A stretch of DNA of 44,573 nucleotides from Thermodesulfovibrionales bacterium (GTDB lineage Bacteria > Nitrospirota > Thermodesulfovibrionia > Thermodesulfovibrionales > CALJEL01), in contig JBKBPW010000002.1 of NCBI GenBank assembly GCA_046292975.1, forward strand, positions 1-44,573, given 5' to 3'. Both the position numbers and the translations under genes were made by a program. Positions 26,915 through 34,614 of this stretch are shown in pieces; within the stretch, counting starts at the first letter, position 1; each line of letters opens with the position of its first letter. Below the pieces are notes generated by a model. That model was given only the letters and a program-made list of their open reading frames with translations. It did not search any database and had not been told where the DNA came from.

Positions 26915-27372
26915 GGAAGGTTCTCCCGATTTCTATCTTGCTCCTCTTCTTTCTTACCCTGCTCTTTTATCAAAGAGCAGGGTCTGTTTCTTATCCAAAG
27001 GTTATACTTTTAAATAGCATAAGTAACAAATACACACCCGTAAAATTCAATCATGAAAAGCATATCATCATGTCAAGTGGATGCTCTCAGTGTCATCACG
27101 AGCATCAAAAAAATGAGTCCCTTACCTGTAAGGACTGTCATAATATAACTCCAGCTCTATTTAAAAACTCTGTTCACAGAAACTTCATGGCCTGCAGAAA
27201 TTGTCATTCTGAGTTCAATCCTCAGGTCCCCCAGATGCCTGACCTCAAGGCAGCCTACCACAGGGCCTGTTTTCAGTGTCATAGAGGTATGGATGTTGGC
27301 ATAGAGCCAAAGGGATGTGCGGGAAGATGCCATCTTCTTAAAACAGCAAAGACAGAAAGGAGGTCACCATGA
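26911..27372 (+). CDS. Periplasmic class III (c3-type) multiheme cytochrome
   Basis: Signal peptide. Contains VKFNHEKH, typical of the c3 family. Four CxxCH motifs (CSQCH, CKDCH, CRNCH, CFQCH) plus one CxxxCH (CAGRCH). ATGA overlap with the upstream gene. Confidence 0.85.
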   Translation: MRKVLPISILLLFFLTLLFYQRAGSVSYPKVILLNSISNKYTPVKFNHEKHIIMSSGCSQCHHEHQKNESLTCKDCHNITPALFKNSVHRNFMACRNCHSEFNPQVPQMPDLKAAYHRACFQCHRGMDVGIEPKGCAGRCHLLKTAKTERRSP

Positions 27373-28280
27373 AAAAGGAGTTTACAAGAAGGGACTTTCT
27401 CAAAATAACAGGTGCACTAAGTGGCGCCCTCCTGATAAAACCAGATACTGCATCAGCCTACAAGGAATTCTCTGGATGGCCTGATGCCTATGGATGTCTG
27501 ACTGATCTCAGTGAATGCGTTGGTTGCAGGAGCTGCGAGAAGGCATGCAATGAGGCAAATAGTCTTCCTCAGCCAGCTATACCTTTTGATGAAGGCTCTG
27601 TCTTTAATGAAAAAAGAAGACCTGATGCGAGGGCCTTTACAGTGGTTAATAGATTTACAGACCCTCGTGATCCCGGTAAATTCATCTACAGGAAGATACA
27701 GTGCAACCACTGCAATGAGCCAGCCTGCGCAAGTGCCTGTCCTATCCATGCCTATGAGAAGACACCAGAAGGAGCAGTCCTCTATGACCCTGCTAAGTGT
27801 TTTGGTTGCAGGTACTGTATGATAGCCTGTCCTTTCTATGTGCCAGCCTATGACTATGAGAGTGCCCTTGAGCCCAAGATTGTAAAATGCATAATGTGCT
27901 ATCCAAGGATAAAGGCTGGGAGACTTCCTGCCTGTGTTGAGGCATGCCCTGCCGGAGCCATAACATTTGGAAAGAGAAAAGACCTTATAAACCTTGCAAG
28001 GGAAAAGATTATGAGAAATCCACAGAGATATGTAAATCATATATACGGAGAGCATGAGGCAGGAGGTACATCATGGATGTATATATCTTCAGTTCCCTTT
28101 GAATACCTTGGTTTCCCTACGAATATACCAAAACATCCCCTCATAGAAGAGGTGAAGGGATTTCTTGGAGCCGTGCCTGTTGTCTTCACGGTCTGGCCTG
28201 CCCTCTTTGGAATGGTCTATGCAGCGGTAAAGCACAGAGATGAACTCTTTAGATCAGAACACAGGGAGGTGAAGAAATGA
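27369..28280 (+). CDS. Tat-exported 4x[4Fe-4S] ferredoxin subunit with C-terminal TM anchor (HybA/HmcB/DsrO-like)
   Basis: Twin-arginine signal (TRRDFLKITGA). Four Cys clusters: CVGCRSCEKAC, CNHCNEPACASACP, CFGCRYCMIACP, CIMC...CVEACP. C-terminal helix FLGAVPVVFTVWPALFGMVYAAV. Confidence 0.9.
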   Translation: MKKEFTRRDFLKITGALSGALLIKPDTASAYKEFSGWPDAYGCLTDLSECVGCRSCEKACNEANSLPQPAIPFDEGSVFNEKRRPDARAFTVVNRFTDPRDPGKFIYRKIQCNHCNEPACASACPIHAYEKTPEGAVLYDPAKCFGCRYCMIACPFYVPAYDYESALEPKIVKCIMCYPRIKAGRLPACVEACPAGAITFGKRKDLINLAREKIMRNPQRYVNHIYGEHEAGGTSWMYISSVPFEYLGFPTNIPKHPLIEEVKGFLGAVPVVFTVWPALFGMVYAAVKHRDELFRSEHREVKK

Positions 28281-29515
28281 GCAACCATGTAATGGAAAGA
28301 GAAAGTTTCGCTTCCTGGTTTATGAGGAAGCTTACACTTGGCATGTCCTGGCCTGAGTATGCAAGGAGCCTTGTAACACCCTTTAACATAGTGGCTGCCC
28401 TGATTCTCATAATAGGTCTTCCTGTAATAGCCACGAGGTTTCTTTATGGGCTTGCCTCTGTAACCCATGCATCAAATGACTATCCCTGGGGGATTATACT
28501 TGGATGGGGACTCTTTGGAGGTGTTCCACTTTCAGCAACAGGTTTTATCATGGGAACTGCCTTTTATATCTTCGGATTCAGAAAATACAAACCCCTCCTG
28601 AGGTTAGGGCTTCTTACAGGATTCATGGGTTATTTCTTTGCTGTTGTCTATCTTCTTGTTGACCTTGGAAGACCCTGGAGGATCTATTATCCGATGATTA
28701 TCGGGTTTGGAACTGCCTCTGTTCTTTTCCTTGTTGCCTGGCATGTGGCCACCTATCTTACAGTACAGTTCCTTGAATTCAGCGAGGCAATACTTGAATG
28801 GCTCAAATCCAGAAGACTCTACAGATGGGCAACCATGATTACCATTGCCATGACCATTGCAGGGATTATCCTTTCCACACTGCACCAGTCAGCCCTGGGA
28901 GCACTCTTTCTCCTTGCACCTGGCAAGGTCCATCCACTCTGGTACAGCTCCTATATACCCCATCTATTCCTGAGTTCAGCAGTATATGCAGCACTTGTAA
29001 TGGTTATTGCAGTGAGTTTTCTTATTGCTAGGTACATGCCCCATGTATGCGATGATAACTTTCTTAAGAATCTTGACCCTCTCACAATAGGCCTTGGCAA
29101 GGGGGCTGCCATAGGCATGTATGTTTATTTTGCCCTTAAGATGGTTGCCCTTGCCCATGATGATAACTGGGCATTGCTCAACACTACCTATGGATACTGG
29201 TATCTTGTTGAGGTCATTGGGTTTGTGATCATACCAGCCTTGATTCTTACCTATGGGGTAAAAAAGGAATCTCCAGGGATAGTGAGATTCGGGGCATTTT
29301 ATTCAATAGCAGGTGTAATCCTGAACAGAATAAATGTCTCCATAATAGCCTTTAACTGGCAACTACCAGATCATATCCATCATATAGTTCCACCTTTAAC
29401 AGAGGTGATAATGGTCCTGACGATAGTAACAATACATATACTTGTTTTCAGATGGATAGTAAGGAGAATGCCCGTGACCTATGAACATCCAGAATATAAA
29501 GAATTTCATCATTAG
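28277..29515 (+). CDS. NrfD/PsrC/HybB-family integral membrane quinone-interacting subunit (HmcC/DsrP-like)
   Basis: 412 aa and polytopic. HybB/NrfD-like segments include NDYPWG, VDLGRPWR and LHQSALGALFLL. ATGA overlap with the FeS gene. Confidence 0.88.
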   Translation: MSNHVMERESFASWFMRKLTLGMSWPEYARSLVTPFNIVAALILIIGLPVIATRFLYGLASVTHASNDYPWGIILGWGLFGGVPLSATGFIMGTAFYIFGFRKYKPLLRLGLLTGFMGYFFAVVYLLVDLGRPWRIYYPMIIGFGTASVLFLVAWHVATYLTVQFLEFSEAILEWLKSRRLYRWATMITIAMTIAGIILSTLHQSALGALFLLAPGKVHPLWYSSYIPHLFLSSAVYAALVMVIAVSFLIARYMPHVCDDNFLKNLDPLTIGLGKGAAIGMYVYFALKMVALAHDDNWALLNTTYGYWYLVEVIGFVIIPALILTYGVKKESPGIVRFGAFYSIAGVILNRINVSIIAFNWQLPDHIHHIVPPLTEVIMVLTIVTIHILVFRWIVRRMPVTYEHPEYKEFHH

Positions 29516-29517
29516 TA

Positions 29518-29553
29518 AACAGGGGGGGCAGGCCAGGCCTGCCCCCCCCTGTT
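29518..29553. other. Very stable GC-rich hairpin in the intercistronic gap of the redox operon
   Basis: AACAGGGGGGGCAGGCC-A-GGCCTGCCCCCCCCTGTT is a stem of about 15 bp with one G/C-run bulge. No clear U-tract follows (TACTTTGCC). It lies between the stop at 29515 and the start at 29577. Confidence 0.6.
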
Positions 29554-29576
29554 ACTTTGCCACCAATGGAGGGTTT

Positions 29577-30974
29577 ATGATAATTATAATTGCAATATTA
29601 GTCCTCATAAATCCTTTACCAGTCTTTTCAGGGGAGGAATGTGTTGATTGTCACTCAAAAAAGGGGATTACAATAAATTTTGATGATGGTAGCTTAATGG
29701 ATGTCTCTGTTGATACAGAGCAGCTTAAACTCTCTGTGCACGGTAATCTTCAATGCACTGACTGTCACAGTGATATAATCCTAACTGATGGAAAGCATCC
29801 TGAAAGGAGATTCCGCAGCAGGGAAAACTTTAAGATAAGAACTTCGCTTCTCTGCAGGAGATGTCATCCTCCCCAGGATATAAAAACAAAAAAGATACAT
29901 GAACAACTCTTTATGGATGAGGGCAAGGGCACACCCCATCCGTGCACAAATTGTCATGGCTCTCACGGGGTGATGCCAGTAAAGAAAAAACTCTACAGGG
30001 ATGAAGAGGCCTACTGTCTTTCCTGCCACAGGACGAATATTATATTAAGATTCAGAAATGGTGAGACCTTGAGTGGCAGCATAAAAAAAGAACATCTTGA
30101 ATCATCTGTTCATAGAAACCTGAGCTGTGTGGATTGCCATTTTGGTTTTTCTCTGACATCTCATCCAGAAAGGAACTTCAAGACCAGGCGTGACTATACA
30201 ATAGCCAGTTCAGAGATATGCAGAAGATGTCATTTTGACAAATATGTAAAGACCCTTGAGAGTATCCATTATACAATCTTAAGCTCTGGAAGGCTTGAAG
30301 CACCTGTATGCATAGATTGTCATGGCTTTCATTCAATCCAGAGCATGGGCAGGGAAAAGATCCTTATAGCAAGAAGATGTGAGAGATGTCATGCCACTAT
30401 TTTTGAAACCTATATTAAAAGTGTTCATGGAAAGGTTTTAATTGATGAAAGAAATCAGGATGTCCCTGTTTGCATTGATTGCCATACTTCCCATGACATA
30501 AAAGACCCGCTCACAACAGACTACAGGGAAAGGATACCCGAGATATGCAGTCGCTGCCATTCAGATCCTGCAATAATGAATAAATATGGTCTATCAACCG
30601 ATGTGGTCAGTACATACCTATCTGATTTCCATGGCATAACACTTTCATTGTACAAAAAGGAAAGGAAGGATAAACTCCAGCCCTCAAAACCCATGGCTGT
30701 CTGTACTGACTGCCATGGAACTCATGATATATCACGGATGGGCATTAATAAGACAGTAATCAAGAAGAACCTTTTAAAGAAATGCAGGAACTGTCATCCT
30801 GATGCATCGGAAGACTTTCCTGATGCCTGGGTTTCCCATTATGGCATAAATCCTAAAAAGACACCTCTGCTATATGCTATCAACCAGATTTACAGGATTT
30901 TACTGCCTCTTACAATAGCAGGGCTTGCCTTACAGATTGTCCTTCATATATGGAGATATGCTGTCAATAGATAG
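29577..30974 (+). CDS. 13-heme c-type cytochrome with signal peptide and C-terminal TM helix
   Basis: The ATG at 29577 lies after GGAGGG; the ORF track start 29481 would read through the hairpin. There are 13 CxxCH motifs. C-terminal helix LLPLTIAGLALQIVLHIW. Confidence 0.88.
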   Translation: MIIIIAILVLINPLPVFSGEECVDCHSKKGITINFDDGSLMDVSVDTEQLKLSVHGNLQCTDCHSDIILTDGKHPERRFRSRENFKIRTSLLCRRCHPPQDIKTKKIHEQLFMDEGKGTPHPCTNCHGSHGVMPVKKKLYRDEEAYCLSCHRTNIILRFRNGETLSGSIKKEHLESSVHRNLSCVDCHFGFSLTSHPERNFKTRRDYTIASSEICRRCHFDKYVKTLESIHYTILSSGRLEAPVCIDCHGFHSIQSMGREKILIARRCERCHATIFETYIKSVHGKVLIDERNQDVPVCIDCHTSHDIKDPLTTDYRERIPEICSRCHSDPAIMNKYGLSTDVVSTYLSDFHGITLSLYKKERKDKLQPSKPMAVCTDCHGTHDISRMGINKTVIKKNLLKKCRNCHPDASEDFPDAWVSHYGINPKKTPLLYAINQIYRILLPLTIAGLALQIVLHIWRYAVNR

Positions 30975-30986
30975 AAAGGAGGAATC

Positions 30987-31607
30987 ATGGAAGAGAGGAT
31001 AAAAAAATTCTCAAGCTTCAGGATATGCGAACATGCCGTAGCAATGATAGTATTCTTTGTCCTTATTTTTACAGGCCTTCCTCAGAAATTTTATAATCTT
31101 GAAATATCAAAGACAGTAATAAATTTATTTGGCGGAATAGACATGATGAGATTAATCCATAGAAATACAGGTCTGTTCTTCTGCTTTCAAATATTAGTCC
31201 ATATAATTTATGGAGCTGTTGGGTTATACAGAGGTGTTGAAGCAAATATATTCATAACAAAAAAGGACTTCAGGGATGCAATACATAATCTGAGATACTA
31301 TCTTGGATTTGAGACAGTGCCAGCAGCTACAGACCTCTTTACCTACAGACAGAAGTTTGAATACTGGGGAGTTCTAACAGGTTCAATTCTGATGGCACTA
31401 ACAGGACTTATCCTCAGATTTCCCGTAACTGCTACTGATATCCTTCCGGGAATTCTGATTCCTGCCTCAAAACTGATCCACTCAAACCATGCAATAATAC
31501 TTGTAATTATAATTATCTGGCACCTTTATAACTCTGTCTTCAATCCCGAGGTCTTTCCCCTCAACAGAAGTATATTCACAGGATATGTCTACAGAGGAAA
31601 AGTATAA
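30987..31607 (+). CDS. Membrane b-type cytochrome (FdnI/HydC Ni_hydr_CYTB-like)
   Basis: 206 aa with four hydrophobic helices. Conserved His residues sit in helices (RICEHAVAM, RLIHRNTG, QILVHIIYG, KLIHSNHAI, IIWHLYN). Confidence 0.82.
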   Translation: MEERIKKFSSFRICEHAVAMIVFFVLIFTGLPQKFYNLEISKTVINLFGGIDMMRLIHRNTGLFFCFQILVHIIYGAVGLYRGVEANIFITKKDFRDAIHNLRYYLGFETVPAATDLFTYRQKFEYWGVLTGSILMALTGLILRFPVTATDILPGILIPASKLIHSNHAIILVIIIIWHLYNSVFNPEVFPLNRSIFTGYVYRGKV

Positions 31608-31670
31608 ATATTTCTAAACACCGAAACTCAATGCTTTTTTTCTTTATCTATTTTATAATTAACTGATGGG

Positions 31671-31823
31671 GTGAGTGAAAGGAGCCTTCAGAAGAGAATC
31701 TTCCTGACTGTGATACTCGGGATATTCCTGATGTTTCTCAGCTTTGGGATAACTGCCTTTTATATCATCAAAAAAACAATTGAAATTCCTTCAGCAACAA
31801 CCTTGTCCTCTGCAGGACAATAA
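31671..31823 (+). pseudogene. Detached 5' fragment of the sensor kinase gene (N-terminal TM helix) in a different frame
   Basis: The 50 codons from GTG 31671 encode ...RIFLTVILGIFLMFLSFGITAFYIIKK... and end at TAA 31821-31823. The kinase frame is open from 31784, just after the TGA at 31781-31783. The start codon is uncertain. Confidence 0.5.
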
Positions 31824-32047
31824 GGGATAATGTTGACCATTTTCTTTCAGAAAATATCAACAGGCTTTATGATATATCTCTGTCGGGGAGCATTAATCTC
31901 TATGACAGGGATTTTATTCCTGAAAAAGAGGCACTGAAAAAGGCCTATCATTATTCTATATTCAAAGAAGGAATCTTTATTGCTGACAGAAAAGGAACTC
32001 TGCTTCTGAACTTCCCTGAAAGACCATCAGAACTCTTTTTAAATATA

Positions 32048-33526
32048 TTGAGTATAGAACCAGTAAGTAAGGCACTGGAGCTTGCACGACCTATAGTTTC
32101 AAATATATACACTGTTGAACCTTCTATGAAGAAGGTTGTCTTTACCCTTGTCCCGCTCAGGGACAAGGACGGAAATTTAATTGGTATTGCCGGAGGAGAG
32201 ATTGATCCTACAAATCCCTTCTTCTCCAGTATCCTTAAACTTGAAGGGCTCGGAGAGGACAGATATATAGATATTATAGATTCAAATGGGATTATTATTG
32301 CCTCCTCAAAGAGGACAAGAATCCTTAACCCTTCTGACCATGATAATTTCATTAAAAAAAGTATAACAGAAAAAAGAGAAGAGATAACCACCTGCCATGA
32401 GTGCCATAGTGAAAAAATTATCTCAAATAATATCATTACGCTTGTTCCGTCAAGGATAGCACCCTGGGCAATTGTTCTTAAGGAGAAAAAAGAAAATGTC
32501 TTTTCCACAGTGGCTGAACTTAAAAAAACCTTTCTTACCCTCGGCATCCTCTTTACCGGTGTTTCACTCATTATCACCATAGGAGTAAGCAGGAGCATAG
32601 TAAATCCAGTGCAAAATCTAATTAAGGTCACCGAGAGGATTGCTGATGGAGACCTCTCCCAGCCTGTTCCTGTTTATGGAGATGACGAGATAGGTACCCT
32701 GAGCCGGAGTTTTGAAAAGATGAGGAAACGCCTTCTTGAATATACAGAAAGCATAAAGAGATACAATCTTGAGCTTGAAAGGCTTGTTATGGAAAGGACA
32801 CTAAAGATGAGAGAAAGCAAACAGAGGATCCAAAATCTCCTTAAAAAGGTCATAACCTCACAGGAAGAAGAAAGAAAAAGGATATCAAGGGAACTACATG
32901 ACGAGACATTGCAGGACCTCTCTGCTATCCTCATGAGGGTGGATATGTGCAGACTCTATCCACAGAATATCACAGCGGAAAAGATAGAAGAGGTAAGGAG
33001 TATTACCCTGAAGGCAACAGATGGTATCTTTAATATTATTCAGAATATGAGACCATCTATACTTGACGACCTCGGTCTTGAGGCTGCAATAAGATGGCTT
33101 CTCAACAGCCATCTTAAAGAAAAGGGGATTGGATATTTTGTAAGGATAGACGAGAAGATTAAATATATGAGATTTTCACCCGAGGTAGAGATAGCTATAT
33201 TCAGGATCGTCCAGGAGGCTATTACAAATATAGCAAGACACTCCAACGCAGAAAATGCCTTTATCAATATGAAGCTGACAGAGAAAAATATAGTTGTTGA
33301 GATTGAAGATGATGGAGACGGTTTTGATATTTATAGTGTCTTTACTGAGGCAGCAATGGCAAACCGTACAGGAAGGGGGCTTGGGCTGCTCGGGATGAAG
33401 GAAAGGGCATCTCTTATTGGTGGGAGATTAAAGATATGCTCTTCAAAGGATGCTGGTACAAGGGTAATATTAAAGATACCACTTGATATAGTAAGGAGGG
33501 AAAATGACAAGGGTATTAATAGCTGA
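32048..33526 (+). CDS. Sensor histidine kinase (Cache-like periplasmic domain with CxxCH, TM, HAMP, HisKA_3, HATPase_c; NarX/LiaS class)
   Basis: HAMP region (NPVQNLIKVTERIADGDLS...EIGTLSRSFEKM). HisKA_3 H-box ERKRISRELHDETLQ. HATPase N and G boxes (ITNIARHS, DDGDGF, GRGLGLLGM). The ORF has only a TTG start and lacks the first TM, which appears upstream in another frame. Confidence 0.85.
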   Translation: MSIEPVSKALELARPIVSNIYTVEPSMKKVVFTLVPLRDKDGNLIGIAGGEIDPTNPFFSSILKLEGLGEDRYIDIIDSNGIIIASSKRTRILNPSDHDNFIKKSITEKREEITTCHECHSEKIISNNIITLVPSRIAPWAIVLKEKKENVFSTVAELKKTFLTLGILFTGVSLIITIGVSRSIVNPVQNLIKVTERIADGDLSQPVPVYGDDEIGTLSRSFEKMRKRLLEYTESIKRYNLELERLVMERTLKMRESKQRIQNLLKKVITSQEEERKRISRELHDETLQDLSAILMRVDMCRLYPQNITAEKIEEVRSITLKATDGIFNIIQNMRPSILDDLGLEAAIRWLLNSHLKEKGIGYFVRIDEKIKYMRFSPEVEIAIFRIVQEAITNIARHSNAENAFINMKLTEKNIVVEIEDDGDGFDIYSVFTEAAMANRTGRGLGLLGMKERASLIGGRLKICSSKDAGTRVILKIPLDIVRRENDKGINS

Positions 33527-34163
33527 TGACCATGCCCTTGTGAGAGAAGGTATAATTGCCTTTTTAAAGATGTGTGATGACATGGAAATAGTTGGTGAGG
33601 CCTCTGATGGTATAGAGGCGGTGGAGAAAACAGAAAAACTCAAACCTGATATTGTCCTTATGGATATAAATATGCCAAAGCTTGGAGGCCTTGAGGCAAC
33701 CCTTGAGATAAAAAGAAAGATGCCAGATGTGAAGATATTAATTCTTACTCAGTATGATGACAGGGAATATATATCAAGGCTCCTCAAGGCAGGTATCTCA
33801 GGATATATTTTAAAGAAGGCAGCAGGAACAGAACTCGTGAATGCTATAAGGGCAGTAAAAAGGGGAGAGCTCTATCTACATCCCTCTATTGCAAAAGAGG
33901 TTGTTCAGGGTTATCTTAATAAAGAAAAAACCCCTGTGGAAGACTCCTATGACAGGCTTACAGAAAGGGAAAAACAGGTCCTGAAACTCATCTCTGAGGG
34001 TTATACCTATAAAGAAATAGCTGACATGCTAAAGATAAGTGTAAAGACAGCCATAGCCCATCATACAAAGATAAGTGAAAAGTTGAATATCCATACAAGG
34101 GCCGGGCTTATAAAGTTTGCGATTCAGAAAGGGATAATAAAGATTGATGAGCTTAACCCTTAA
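33504..34163 (+). CDS. NarL/FixJ-family response regulator (REC + LuxR-type HTH)
   Basis: REC motifs VLIADDH, the phospho-acceptor context VLMDINMP, and LTQYDD. HTH region: LTEREKQVLKLISEGYTYKEIADMLKISVKT. Confidence 0.92.
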   Translation: MTRVLIADDHALVREGIIAFLKMCDDMEIVGEASDGIEAVEKTEKLKPDIVLMDINMPKLGGLEATLEIKRKMPDVKILILTQYDDREYISRLLKAGISGYILKKAAGTELVNAIRAVKRGELYLHPSIAKEVVQGYLNKEKTPVEDSYDRLTEREKQVLKLISEGYTYKEIADMLKISVKTAIAHHTKISEKLNIHTRAGLIKFAIQKGIIKIDELNP

Positions 34164-34614
34164 GGCTGAAGATAAAGTCCATTTCAACAGGAGAATTCAT
34201 GGGTAAGGTAAAGGCACCCGTGGCGACCCTCGTGTGCTTTCCCCCTTCTCCAAAGACCTTCACAACCAGCTCAGAGGCAGCATTCAGAATAAGGGGGTGG
34301 TCTTTAAAATCCTCTGATGTCTGGAGATAACCGTTTATCCTGAGACATTTACCAATTCTCTGAAGCTCTCCAAGATTTGATTTTAGAATAGAAAGGCAGT
34401 TGAGGACGATCTGGATTGTGCATTCCTTTGCCTGCTCAATGGTCAGGTCCTTGCCTATCCTTCCCTGATAAAGCAGCCTCCCCTCTTTAACGGGCAAAAG
34501 TCCGCTTAAAAATATAAGACCATTATACTCAACATAAGGGACATACAGACCCACCGGAACAGGCAGTTCAGGAAGCTCGTAACCAAGGTTCTTCAGTGTC
34601 TCCTCAGGCTTCAT
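34153..34614 (-). CDS. RidA/YjgF/Endoribonuclease L-PSP family protein
   Basis: The ATG at 34614 is preceded by AAGGAGG lying within the ftsZ 3' end; the ORF track start is 34635. The sequence has the YjgF-like length and pattern. Confidence 0.8.
   Translation of the reverse strand: MKPEETLKNLGYELPELPVPVGLYVPYVEYNGLIFLSGLLPVKEGRLLYQGRIGKDLTIEQAKECTIQIVLNCLSILKSNLGELQRIGKCLRINGYLQTSEDFKDHPLILNAASELVVKVFGEGGKHTRVATGAFTLPMNSPVEMDFIFSLKG

Noticed and set aside
27453-28055. 200-aa minus-strand ORF
   Set aside because: It lies antisense to the 4x[4Fe-4S] ferredoxin gene, which has unambiguous Cys-cluster motifs and a Tat signal. It is a shadow ORF.
31770-31776. A7 run as a programmed -1 frameshift site joining the kinase N-terminal fragment to the kinase frame
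   Set aside because: A -1 shift at the A-run enters the kinase frame upstream of an in-frame TGA at 31781-31783, so it cannot produce a fusion. Any frame change must occur within 31784-31820, where I see no X-XXY-YYZ slippery heptamer.
31951-32631. 226-aa minus-strand ORF
   Set aside because: It lies entirely antisense to the well-supported sensor kinase gene and has a low-complexity Ser/Leu/Ile-rich translation. It is a shadow ORF.
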